A stretch of DNA of 64,000 nt. Origin: Parasitella parasitica NRRL 2501. Taxonomy: Eukaryota > Fungi > Mucoromycota. The stretch's first letter is position 1, and each line of letters opens with the position of its first letter. Positions 52,148 to 63,875 of this stretch are shown in pieces. Both the position numbers and the translations under genes were made by a program. The stretch lies in assembly GCA_025201805.1 (NCBI GenBank), contig MU619254.1:20379-84378 (forward strand), read 5' to 3'. The notes under the pieces are model-generated. The model was not told where the DNA came from. It ran no database searches and worked only from the letters and a program-made list of their open reading frames with translations.

Positions 52148-52803
52148 TTATCAGATCCTGCCTGTATTAATCTTGCTACCTGAGTGTCATTATAGCAAAG
52201 TAATCTTATTTTACTCAATCAAACGTCGAGGATTGCTTTAGCACCTGACAATTCCCATAAAAGTGGTCGAATTCTTTTTGGTGTGTTAGAAATACACCGT
52301 CTATATCTAATTTGGAATTTTTATATCCTAGAGAGTAGTATATATATATTTGCAAATCGATTTGTATACGTGCTTGCATTACGAATGTTCCATAAAACTC
52401 GGGATTTCATTCTGGAACAATACAGATTGATAAATGGCCGTGCGGTTGTTTCTTTGATATTGCAGGTTATCAGATTTATTACTGCAAGTGGATTTTTTTT
52501 TCCGTTTATTCTAACATCTGTATACAATCTACAAATCTGCATTAACCACGACATGCCACTCCATACATATATATATATATATATGATTCATCACCGTATC
52601 TCCAAGAGAATGATGCATCCTAACTCAGTCTCTGTATTGTTTACAGAAATCTTAATCAGATCATTAGGTTTCTGTTTCATTTCACATGCAAAATTTGGGA
52701 TTAATAGAAAACAAATGTACGCTTGAACTTTCATGCCAAATCAATGCGAGTTTTCGTATAAAAGAAGCAAACTATCTGAAATTCAGATCAAATATTATCA
52801 GAT
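52148..52803 (-). promoter_or_regulatory. Three exact ATCTGATAA elements (52148-52156, 52467-52475, 52795-52803), SreA/Fep1-type iron-responsive GATA sites
   Basis: TTATCAGAT occurs three times on + upstream of the transporter ATG; TATAAAAG at ~52757. Confidence 0.75.
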
Positions 52804-52824
52804 ATTCAAACTATTATCTCTGAA

Positions 52825-54661
52825 ATGTCTACCACATCTCCCACTACGAAAGCATCCTTAAAAGGTGTCAAAACGGTTGAACTATATAAGCTTATATGGA
52901 ATAAATGGGATCGATGGATTCTGTTTGCAGGGTAAGACGAATACCAAGGAATAATCGTTCTAAAGTCTGACAGTTTATGTTAGTCTCATCCTCTTTTCCT
53001 GGGCTGTCAACTTTGAAGGCAACATGAAGTTCTCTCTAAATCAGAATGTCACCAGTCTCTTTGAGACCAACAACTTGATAAGTCTTATGCCTACCGTCTT
53101 GTATATCCTCCAGACTTCTCTTTTGCCCATCTACTCCAAGCTCTCTGATATGTATGGCAGAGCTCAATGCTACACCTTTGCATTGACTTTCTACATCATC
53201 TCTAATATTGTTATGGCCACTGCTAACAATTATAATACCTTGGTCGGCGGTCAGGTCTTGTACGCTTTTGGCTACACAGGCGCTAATATTTTGGGCCCCA
53301 TCACCATTGCTGACTTGACCAATGTTGTCGATAGAGGTTTGATGCAAGGTCTATACAATGTTCCTGGTCTCATTAATCTCTTTATTGCTCCTCGTGTTGG
53401 CGACGCTCTTTTCGACGCTGGTCAATGGCGTTGGGGTTATGGCATTATTCCCATCATTCTCTTTGTAACAGCCTTACCTTTAGTTGGCAACCTGTGGAAG
53501 TTGAACTACCAAGTCAAGAAGTCTGGCCTTATGGATGAATTCAATGCTGAGCAAGACAAGGCCAAGGAAGAGCAGAATTTGACACTGTGGCAGAGAGTTT
53601 GTTGGTTTGCCGCTGAAATTGACATTGTTGGTAGCATATTGCTGGTTGCTGGTCTTTGCCTCATCCTTCTGCCCTTGGTTCTTGCGCTTCCTTCGTGGGG
53701 TGGTTGGACTAGTGGAACTACGCTCGGTACACTCTGCTCTGGTGTTGTTGCTTGGGCTCTTTTCGGCATTTGGGAATGGAAGTTTGCCACCAAAGCTATC
53801 ATCCCCATCACTTCCTGGGAAACTCGCACACCCATTTACGGTGTACTGGCTCTTTCTACTGTCACCATCATCTCCTCTGTCAATTGGCAATTCTTCACTA
53901 CTTACTTGATGGTCTCACGCAAATTCTCTGCCTCTACTGCTATCATGATTGGCAGAGGCTACAACATTGCCTACATTCTCTGCGAAGTGCTTGTAGGGTT
54001 CCTGATGAAGCGTTTCCGTGTCTGGAGGCCCTTTGTCTGGAGCGGTGTTGCGCTTACTATCCTCGGTGTTGGTCTAATGATACCTGCTCGCCAGCCTTCT
54101 TCTTCTAATGCGTTCCTTGTAATATCTCAAACAATCGCTGGTATGGGCTCTGGTTTCTTGTTCACTCCTATGCTTGTTGCGATCCAATCCTCTGTTCCCC
54201 ATGATGATATGGCTATTGCTACTGCGATGATGCAAGTCGGTGGCTCTATTGCTGCCAGTATCGGCTCTACTGTTGCCGGCACTATCTGGAACAACATGAT
54301 TCCTAGCCGTCTTGCCAAGTATGTTCCTGGCACATACGACTATGCCAAGATTGTTGGCAGCATTCCGTACGCTATTGCTCTTCCTACTGAACAATACAAC
54401 GGGGTTGTTGAAGCATACGGCTCCATCCAAAAGATTCTGTCCATCATTGCTATCTGTATCGCTGTCCTGACATTCTGTTTCACCATCCCCATGAAATCCT
54501 TTGGTCTCGAAAGCTATGACACCAACGAGGATAAAGATGCCGATTCTGCTGCATCAGACCAATCTTCTGATATTGAAAAGACTGAAGTGTATGGTGTGGA
54601 GGATGTCGGTAACACTGTAAACAGCCGCGATTCCCGCAATGTTCTTGATGAACAAGGATAA
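52825..54661 (+). CDS. MFS siderophore-iron transporter (ARN/Sit1/Str/MirB family), 2 exons
   Basis: KGVKTVE N-terminus, YSKLSDMYGR, IADLT...RGL, WRWGYG, EIDIVG, IQSSVPH...A.ATA, GTIWNN, AYGSIQKIL; many hydrophobic segments. Confidence 0.88.
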
Positions 54662-54940
54662 CTTTTGTACATACCGTATAGTCTAATATTCAATAAATGT
54701 ATTATAATAAGCATACATTAAAATCCAGCTTTACAATGTGATTTACGATGCTAAAAATCTACCCTTTTTCGGCGCCGTCGTATCATTATAAACAACGCAT
54801 GGTCAAATCTGGGGCTTGCATGCAAAACCACTTTCAATGCATACTTAACCTCATCAAGAAAATTTTCGTCTTTTTTTAAGGAGCGAATTTCATCATCCCC
54901 AAGTTGCTTTCTCTTCTTTAAGTCTGTATACTTTTACAAA

Positions 54941-56357
54941 ATGTATGTAGATCACACAAAGCCGCCCTTTATAGATATCCCACTGCCACCCGCAATCATC
55001 TTGCCGGCCTATGCGCTGATTCTGATGTACAGCATTGTTGCAACTGCCGATTTTTGCCTACTGCGAAACGAACGTTGCCTCGCTTCCTTCGTTACGCCTA
55101 AACAGTTACGGATTGCCATGGCAATTGTTCATGCAATCATACCCATGGTGTTTATATCCAGTCACCCGCCATCGAACATACTATTCGCAGCTGCTCCGTG
55201 GTTTTTGGCATCGTATTCTGCTCGTATTCCGACTGATCAACTAAGCGTTGAAAAGTATATCAATACTCTGTTTAAAATTACTGTCGACGATGGAAATAGT
55301 CTTGTATCTGAGTCAAAGGTAAGGACGAAAGGCGCTGCGAAGATCGCTCTGGGTATATTCAAGATAGCGTTCATGCATCTCATGATCAATCCTATCTTAC
55401 CGCGACACCCAGATTATGCATTGGAGTATGCTTGGAATAGCCCAATGAGCATGATATACACTGTCCTGTTTGGTGTAAAGGCGTACTGTCTATTGGGAGC
55501 CGTCGATATATTTATGGGCGCTGAACAACTGCTCTTTGCTTGGAATATGGTCACTTTATTCAACTCTCCTATTCTATCAGCTAGTCCCAGGGATTTTTGG
55601 AGGTAAGTTACCATAGTATATAGGAGATGTGAGTGTTAAACCAGACATGGATTCTAGTCGACGCTGGAATAAGGTGGTTCGAAACCTACTGCACTCACAA
55701 ATATTTGATCCAAAGGACACAGAAGATACAGAACAATACGTGGCTCCTTCAATAAAAGTCAGGTCTCCACCCAAAAATGGAGCAACCAACAAAGTATCAA
55801 AAAAGACGGTTACCACTACAATTACAACAACAACAGCAACAACAGCAACAACAACAACAACAACAGCAACAACAATAACAAAAAGAGTGACTCGTGCAGC
55901 AGCAGCAGCAGCAGCAATAGCCGCCAAAAAAGCAAAGGCGGTAGAAGCAGAAGAGGATGAGATAAAGACACCATTAGAAATATACAATGAAGAGGATCAT
56001 GATGACATGGTAGCACACCATGAATCAACGGTAAAGCAATTGCCAAAACAATCGTTTTGGGCAACACGTCAGGGCAGAGGTTTACTGGCATTCATCGTCA
56101 GTGGCGTATTCCATGAATTGATCATTATGAGTGCATGTAGACACATTACATTAGAAAACCTGCTCTTCTTTACATTGCAAGGCGTCGTAGTGATGATTGA
56201 AGTAGAAGTTAGACAGGGAAACCTCAAGCAGGAACCTGCAGGCGTTACACGTGTGCTCTGTGTAGCACTCCAATTACTATTCATGTCAACCACTGGTAGA
56301 TTATTTACAGGCCCATTTCTTAGATATCATTTTTTCCCAGAGAACCTAGAGATTTAG
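54941..56357 (+). CDS. Membrane-bound O-acyltransferase (wax synthase/MBOAT_2 type), 2 exons
   Basis: LFNSPILSASPRDFWS|RRWN and AFIVSGVFHE (catalytic His), FFTLQG; Thr/Ala low-complexity insert. Confidence 0.88.
55807..55925 (+). repeat. (ACA)n/(GCA)n coding repeat giving poly-Thr then poly-Ala
   Basis: Trinucleotide runs are visible in MBOAT exon 2. Confidence 0.85.
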
Positions 56358-56614
56358 GCGGGAAATGGGGATGTACAGGACAATAAAATGATGCATCTAG
56401 AGTATATATTAATGTTTTATTGCGAATTGTCGATTTTATGCAAAATATCATGTCGCTAGTTAGTTTGCGACTAGAAAAAAACGACGAGGAAACAGCTTTC
56501 ACCATACGTCAAGCCACGAATACATGGTATTATACATGTAGTCGTCATATATCGTTCGCAGAAAAGGTATCATACCAACTTTAATGCATATGCTGTTTAT
56601 TGAATGTACAAGAA

Positions 56615-57812
56615 TCAATCCAGACGAGCGTGGAAGGCATAGACCGTCTTTTGAGTATATACGCCGTCCTTTTGAAGCAAAGTAGCACTACGCCAATCAG
56701 GCTTATTGGGTGAATCAGGATTACGAGACGCTTCAAGGCAGAAACCAGAAGAGGGGCCAATCTTGGCTCCAGCTTGATCTTTTTTGGCTGTCATCTTGTC
56801 GGGAGCAATCCAACCGCCTGTATAAAACTGGAAGGCAGGTTCAGTTGTAGAGAAATCCAGCTCGATGCCAGTGTCAGGAGAATAGACTGTGGCAGCTTTG
56901 CGAAGAGGGAGCCCAGCAGTATCAGTCTTGTACTCTTTGTGAATTACATAGGGATGATCGTAGCCGTGGGTGCCTTGAAGGTTTTCAAGACGATCACCAA
57001 TTGACTTACCAGCATTTTCGCCCTAACACAGACACATTTAGCTTGAAATTCTTTCTTTTAGTGTAGAATACTTACAGAAAAGTTCATCCATGGTACCTCA
57101 GACCAGTCTAGAGTCTTGCCAGTAGGCAGACAGTTGCCATCACATTCCAACACCCCCTTTACCTCATCTGTCATTGTAACACGATGGTCCAAAATGTTGG
57201 GATTTAATGCAACACCAGACAAGTTAAAGTAGGAATGATTTGTCAAGTTGATAACAGTGTCTTTGTCGGTGGTAGCACGATATTCAAGCACAAGCTCGTC
57301 TTGCTCGGTGACGGTATAGGTGAGTTGAGTGGTAACTGTGCCCGGATAGCCTTGATCACCATCTGGGGAGACAAGTTCCAAGCGAATTGAGGCAGGCTCT
57401 TCAGAAACAACGGTGGCAGTCCAGATCCTCTTGTCAAAGCCTTCAAGACCACCATGGAGAGCATTAGGGCCATTGTTAATAGCAAGCTGGTAATCTTTGC
57501 CGTCGACGGTGAATTGACCCTTGCCAATACTGCAATCGCATTAGCATGCTACCCCCTTCCACGCTGCTACGCTCTTACTTACCGGTTACCATATCTACCA
57601 ACAACAGCACCGAAATACGGATTGGCAGGGTTTTTGTAAGATTCGAAATCATCAAAGCCAAGTACAACATCGCGTACGGTACCAGTCTTGTCGGGTGTGA
57701 GAATGTTGGAAATAACAGCACCGTAGGTCAAGATCATGACAGCCAAAGTTTTTCGTTTGTTGATCAGTGTATACTTGTCAACCCCAGCGATATTAATCTT
57801 TTCAACGGTCAT
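56615..57812 (-). CDS. Aldose 1-epimerase (galactose mutarotase), 3 exons
   Basis: DVVLGFD, YFGAVVGRYGNR, NALHGG, GDQGYPG, NLTNHSYFNL, GYDHPY, FQFYTGGW, GFCLEASRNPDSPN. Confidence 0.93.
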
Positions 57813-58071
57813 TTTGTCTATTAAAAGTGTGCAGAAGAAAGAAGAAGAAAAGTGCACTAGAGAAACGCTCATTTTTCCAGCCTTTTATAGATCCATGAAA
57901 TCCAGAGATTCATGCGTCATTTTCCATTATGTAATGCTCGCATTAGCTACAAAATCCCATACAAATATCCCCCGAAAGGAAATTTCTCCCGTAGAATAAA
58001 GATTTTCCCTTCCCCTATAATTAATTTATTATTAAATCCCAAGTCGTACGACTCTACAAATGAGCTTTATT

Positions 58072-59175
58072 TTAAATACGAGATTCTCTCTTCATGGCAT
58101 AGAGTGCCAAGCCAGCGCCAGGACCGAACAAGAAAGAGTTGTATAAAACTGTTCTGACACCATCCTTCCCGTCTTCGAGCCACGCCCAGTAGGTAAATGT
58201 AGCCAAAAGTGCAGCGAGATCCCACATCAGCATGTAGGCCACTGGATTTGTTCCACCACTGCCCAAAGAGAAAAATAATTCTATCCATTGTTTCACCATG
58301 AAATCAGGTGCACTCGTTGCTTGTAACCATTTAATCCACACCCAGTACCATAGAAACGTGTTAATGCTGGCGACACCCATATACAAGAATCGCACACTAT
58401 CCGTAGCTCCTCTTTTGGTTTTGCAATCAAGATGATTGACAAAAAATGGAATAACCCACTCGCATAAACCATAGGCGATTGGGAAGTACTGGAAAGCTGC
58501 CAGGATATTACGCTGTGTCAATGAGGGACCATGAGAGACTAGGACGGCTACAGGTAAGAACTGGCCAAAAAGGGCAGCCAATGCAATTCCGAATGTACGG
58601 TGGGGTGCAACATGTGGCATGCTGTGCTGTTGGCTGCGGTAATCATTGATTTTCTCTCTTAAATTTTGCTTTCTGTTCAGGGATTTGCTGTCTGTATTGA
58701 TAGCCACTTGGTTTTTTTTGGTTTTTTTCTGGTGGCTGTATAAAGACCAGCCGTACCAGGGTAGCCAAGCCATAGGCGCAATCAACCCGGTGCCAATTAC
58801 ATTACCCATTAGGATCATAAATGGGGTCAACCATGCAGTATTCTTGAACCGAACTTTTTCAATAGACATGACGACGTAGGCAGTAGTGGCTAGTCCTACC
58901 AGAGTAGCTGTTACCGGGAAACAGAGTGGATCGTTGATGGCTTGAGAGCAAAATTTCACTAGCACGCAGACGACTCGATCCAGTATATCGTGAAAACCAG
59001 GAGCAGAGTATGTTTCTAATAAATGTGATGGATTTTGACATGCTGTTTTTTGCATGATATTAAACGGGAGCACTACATGGTGAAGATGGGTCAGTAAGAT
59101 ATAGCCTAACGGACTAATGGCAATGTAAAATAGTATCGAGTTTCTTGTTCGAGACATTTTGTTATAGGATTCCAT
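58072..59175 (-). CDS. Intronless multi-pass membrane protein, CtvD/AurD/AscI-like (paralogue A)
   Basis: 367 aa with many TM segments; LDRVVCVLVKF, MSIEKVR, AAFQYFPI, WD, GPGAGLALYAMKRE. Family call is by motif recall only. Confidence 0.6.
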   Translation of the reverse strand: MESYNKMSRTRNSILFYIAISPLGYILLTHLHHVVLPFNIMQKTACQNPSHLLETYSAPGFHDILDRVVCVLVKFCSQAINDPLCFPVTATLVGLATTAYVVMSIEKVRFKNTAWLTPFMILMGNVIGTGLIAPMAWLPWYGWSLYSHQKKTKKNQVAINTDSKSLNRKQNLREKINDYRSQQHSMPHVAPHRTFGIALAALFGQFLPVAVLVSHGPSLTQRNILAAFQYFPIAYGLCEWVIPFFVNHLDCKTKRGATDSVRFLYMGVASINTFLWYWVWIKWLQATSAPDFMVKQWIELFFSLGSGGTNPVAYMLMWDLAALLATFTYWAWLEDGKDGVRTVLYNSFLFGPGAGLALYAMKRESRI

Positions 59176-59416
59176 TTTGTTTTGTTTTTTGTTTTTTCAC
59201 CGGTTTTTATACACGATCTCTCACAGGAGAGCCTTCCTCAATTTTTCATGCCACTTGGCCCTAATCCAAACTCATGATCGGCACTTTCGGGAATACTCGT
59301 TTTTGCCAATAGAAAGCATGAGTTATGCCTTGGAAAAGACTGTTGAAAAATTTACGTGTTCCACTCTTACCTCATTATGAGATGAGACCCCACATAATGG
59401 AGCATTATTTTCTTTT

Positions 59417-59417
<1 letters not shown>

Positions 59418-59479
<62 letters not shown>
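59418..59479. repeat. Poly(T) tract (~62 nt) in the 327-bp divergent promoter
   Basis: Homopolymer ends 23 nt before the ATG at 59503. Confidence 0.9.
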
Positions 59480-59502
59480 CATTAAACTGTCAAATTGAAA
59501 TC

Positions 59503-60648
59503 ATGAAGGCATTGCTATCTTTTATCGTCGGCGCGGCTCTGGTGTCATATGCAACTTTGAATATACAACAAGCTGCAGAACCGTGGGCTCCTAAAATCAT
59601 GAACATGTGCTTGAATCCTGCAAATAACGATACAAGCGGAAACCTTCGCGTAGCGTACACTGGTATCTCCAATACATTGGATCGTATCATCTGCTTCTAT
59701 GTCAATTTCAATCAGCAGCCTCTCCACGATCTGTTAGGCGCACCTTTAATGCGCTTAATGATGGGTGCATTCGGCACTAGTTATGCCATCATGGCATTTG
59801 AAGGCTCCCGTAAAGGCTTCAAAAAGACAACCCTTTTGGCCGCTTTCCCGCTATTTGGTCTTTTAGCTAATTTTGTTGGTGTTTTCTCGGTATTCTCTCT
59901 TTTGTGGGTCCCAATGGATCTGTATTATAGAAACAAAAAGAAAGACACCTCAGACTGGAATATCACCTTACCTGAGGCTTACGGAACATTGGCTGGTATT
60001 GTTCTCGGCTACGGCGTCCCCAGCGCTATCCTGGCTTCTCCTCTTGTCAAGAATGACTCCAGTTTTGAGCAAGACTTTATTTGCGTCTGGATTGTGCTGC
60101 CCATGATCATTATTCCCTTTATCAATTTCTGCATAAGGTTTTTCAAAAATCAAGGTTCATCTATTGACCAGATCCGCGATCCTGCTCTAAAAGAACGTCT
60201 CTATGTGGCAGAGGGTAAGGATGCTCTGGAGAGGTCGTACTTGTTTTTAGGTGTCCTCAACATGTTGAATCATTTCTTCAATTTTTGGATTGTGGGACAA
60301 AAGGGTATTCGTATTTGGGATTCCATATTGTTGCTTTTGGGAGCTCCTGGAAATCTTCCTGCTGACCTGACATTCGGTGATTTGGGTCAGTTATTGGGAA
60401 CTCGTACGCTCTTGGTCGATTATATAGCGTTGACGTTTGGATTTATTCTCTGGGCTGTCTTTAACAGCGGCATCTTTGCGGGCATCGTGGTAGCACTCTT
60501 GACTCCCATTGTTGGTCCCGCCGCAGCCGTCTCTTACTATGCTTATTATAGAGAAAACAAAATTCAAAATATTGTGTCTGCTGATACAGAGACCGAAAAG
60601 GCTGCTGTTGCTTCAGTCGTTGCATCTTCTAGTAGTAAGAAGAAATAG
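59503..60648 (+). CDS. Intronless multi-pass membrane protein, CtvD/AurD/AscI-like (paralogue B)
   Basis: 381 aa; LRVAYTGISNTLDRIICFYVNF, MAFEGSR, CVWIVLPM, VDY, GPAAAVSYYAYYRE. Family call is by motif recall only. Confidence 0.62.
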   Translation: MKALLSFIVGAALVSYATLNIQQAAEPWAPKIMNMCLNPANNDTSGNLRVAYTGISNTLDRIICFYVNFNQQPLHDLLGAPLMRLMMGAFGTSYAIMAFEGSRKGFKKTTLLAAFPLFGLLANFVGVFSVFSLLWVPMDLYYRNKKKDTSDWNITLPEAYGTLAGIVLGYGVPSAILASPLVKNDSSFEQDFICVWIVLPMIIIPFINFCIRFFKNQGSSIDQIRDPALKERLYVAEGKDALERSYLFLGVLNMLNHFFNFWIVGQKGIRIWDSILLLLGAPGNLPADLTFGDLGQLLGTRTLLVDYIALTFGFILWAVFNSGIFAGIVVALLTPIVGPAAAVSYYAYYRENKIQNIVSADTETEKAAVASVVASSSSKKK

Positions 60649-61099
60649 AGTATGATTCTCATGAGTATTCTTCTATGTAAAACTATAATCATTATTAAAA
60701 GCCTTTATTTTCGAAATTCTCTTTATATTTGAAATCGTTTTCGATTTGGTAAAAACATTCCTTTATTCATGCTCAATTCAAGTCTAATTTTTAATCTTTG
60801 TAAAAAACCACTCGCAAAAAAAATTAGAGAAAATATGCCAGTGTGGTATACTAGAAAATTATTTCAATTAGAACTTATTCATATAAAACTTGTTGTTACC
60901 CATAGATTGTTATGCATTAGGCACAGTCAGCAACAATAGAAACTAATGATTTGGGTAAAAACGTCTCATTAAGCTGTGAATGTATCACCAAATCTGCATG
61001 AACCGTCGAGTCCCAAAAGGGCGTCGATCTCTGGTTACACTCATTTTTTATTACTCTAAATCACACTAAACGAGGTCTTTCAACCAATCATTCGAGTTG

Positions 61100-61675
61100 A
61101 GCGTTGAGTTGAGCCCCTCTTTATTGAGACACTTGTTCAAGTGTTTAGCCTTGGAAATCACCAAAATTTATTTCGCTTAACTTTACTCTTGACGACTGAC
61201 CAGAACTGCTCAATTGGATTTAATTCAGGAGAATAGGCGAGAATTGATATACTTATCTATATCAGTTGAGCTGTGGATAGGAGCGTTATCCATGACAAGG
61301 CAATATCCCTTCATATCGGGATACTTGTCCATTTCATCAAGAGTAGCCTTTAAAAAGCTCAGATAATGCCTTGTCACTGTTCCTATGCTATAAACATCAA
61401 TTTTTCTCTTTTTAATGCGTTTTGGAACTCTCAAACTGACATTGATTAAACCTATAGCACCTAAAATCGATGTTCCTGTTTCTTTCTACAGCCTGGAATT
61501 GTGCCTGCTTAATAGATAGATTGCAATCAATTGTCATAAAGTTACAAATAGTGCCACAGAAGCAGAAGGATTCTCATCAATGTGTTTTAGGATAAACTGC
61601 TTATGCTCTTTTCCAAGAATACGACGCTGACCTGATTTTGTTTTCCTTTCGAAGATGCTTTCAGGGTCTTTCTAG
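61100..61675 (-). mobile_element. Decayed IS630/Tc1-mariner transposase with frameshifts and deletions
   Basis: Fragments KDPESIFERKTKSGQRRILGKEHKQFIL, GTVTRHYLSFLKATLDEMD...LVMDNAPIH and, after a frameshift, PYSPELNPIEQFWSVVKSKVKR. Confidence 0.88.
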
Positions 61676-63848
61676 AATAATGAGAGCTGCAGAATATACT
61701 GTCATTTTTCAGTTTCTAAAAAAAAAAAAAGTTCACGTTATTGATTAAAGGTCATAGTAATTGTGATAAGATATATTAGGGTTTCTGGTAACAAGCCTTT
61801 TTATTTCTGATAAAAGCTAGAAAGTTTCTAAGAGAACAGATTCATCTCCCTAAAAAGATTTTAAGTAAGGTTTTTCATATTTAAAGAAGAAGAATAATTG
61901 CTTTGCTTCATTCATACTGAAAATACAAAGAGAATGTGTCTTATTTCCAAGTTCAAGGTAGTCTTTAAAAAAAGGCGACGGTTGTCGATTGACAAACATC
62001 TGTGTTGACTCTGGATCAAAAGCCTTTAATTGGATTCAGGAACGGAAAGCAAAGTTGAATAAACACATTTAGGTCCTTGAGATTTCATAAATTTTTATAC
62101 AGATAATTTTATGAATGGGTGTGTTTTCCTGGTGGCAGATTATTTCATTTTCTCTAGCATTTTCTTATACCCTCAGTGGATTTGGCGTCTTCTAGTGTAG
62201 AAGATCTTGCCAGACATATAACAAGCTGGGTTCTCTATATACAACCGCACAGTAGAACAGCTAGTCAAACCTGTGCCATCTTTTTCATAATATTGGAATG
62301 CTTCAAAAGTGTGTGCCTTAGCGAAGCCATCGTAGAATTTAGGCGCTTGATTTCTTTTTTTTTAGTCTGCGCAAACTTCAGTGTTTCGTTGTCAGAAAAA
62401 AGACAAAACCTGTAAGAAAGCAATGTTTAGCGATCTAGAACGCAAAAAAATTAATACAAAGTAATGCATTAGACTATCAGTCACCTCTTGATCACTTAAT
62501 TGCAAAGCTTAAAGCAAGTTTTTGTACTTTTCAGGTTGAAATTACAGGAAGGTAGGAACTTTTCTGAAGAGTATTTTTCAAAACCGGAGCATGAGATCGT
62601 CAGGCCAGGTACAGAAAAGCAAGTGCTACCATTAGAAAACTAAGAAGCACACAATTTAAATAAAATAGGTTGCAATTGTTTTTTTTTCTTGAATTGAGTA
62701 AGCTATGGCTTCTCAAAGCTAATGCTTTCTTCAAAAAAGCACCATTTTTCTTTGATAGCGGAGATTAAACGCGTCCAAAATCAGGAAGGAATACTTCTTT
62801 CAGAAACTCCATTTGGACAATTCGAAAACAAAATTACTCCTTTGAGGCAAGATATCATCTTCTCAGACTATGCATACCTTGGCTGTCAGTCTATGATAAT
62901 AGCTGTATTTTTAGGCGCTCTACACGATGGTATTACTTTATAAAGCCCCGTGTGCTTATGGAAGGAATTCTGCCGAAAAACCTCAAAAACAAATTAAGAG
63001 GAAAGAATCAACATTTTGCATAATCAAAGCGCATTGCCAGTCTTTTAGATCATGGAATGGTCTTTTATGATCATTTTCCATCAATATATGCCATAGTAAA
63101 AAGTTGCATTTTTGGGATCAAATCGAGGATAATGCATTTTCGATGATTTTGGATGTGTGAGTACAAGGAAAAAATTGAAAAAATCCGTCATTTTGCATCG
63201 AAAAAAAAATCATGCTCAAATTGCACCAAAATCATATATAATATAGTTTTTTCCCAATGGATACTATTTCTGGTGTTTTTAGGGCACTTTTGATTATGAA
63301 AATCAATCAAAAAATGGCACACAAAGCTAAAGTTCTTGCTTTTAAGCTGTAAAAAATATCTGTCTGGAGATGATATCACGTCAATATCAATTATGATACA
63401 TGATACGGCTCTATAAAGTAAGTATTTTTTATGACACAAGTATACCTTTCTTCATAGTAAAATGATAAAACAGGTGTGGCTCATCGGGTTGGGAGCGGAG
63501 GAGGATAATTAATGAATACAATGTTTTGCTATAATAATCCCTTGTTATTTCTGAATAATTTGTAATTTGCTAATTGTTAGTGACAGAGAAGCCCTATTAC
63601 CATTGTTGCTTATAATAATGCTTAATGTCAGCTCAAGAGCTTCTTTTTTTCTTTAATTTTAATGCTAAATATGTAAAACAGAAAGTAAGATAGAAGTTTG
63701 ATTTGAGGTTGAGGGTAATTTTGCTAACAAATGTTAAGCTTCATAATAAGCTTCTGGTAGATTTCAGGTTCCAGGCACTGTACTGTAGAGTGTCAAATTC
63801 TGAATATGGGATAACTCGCTATACCAAACACATTTTTGTACACCAACC

Positions 63849-63875
63849 TGTCCGTTATAACGGGTCCCAACTGTA
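63849..63875. mobile_element. Possible solo pogo/Tc1-type terminal inverted repeat end followed by TA
   Basis: On - it reads TA|CAGTTGGGACCCGTTATAACGGACA, similar to CAGT...CGTTATAACG termini. No partner end was found in the window. Confidence 0.4.

Noticed and set aside
46652-54430. Long antisense and alternative-frame ORFs over the amine oxidase, MBF and transporter genes
   Set aside because: These are shadow ORFs explained by codon bias of the real genes; they show no motifs.
56615-56630. Cryptic PTS1 (ARL) at the end of aldose 1-epimerase
   Set aside because: It is followed by Asp before the stop (HARLD*), so it is not terminal.
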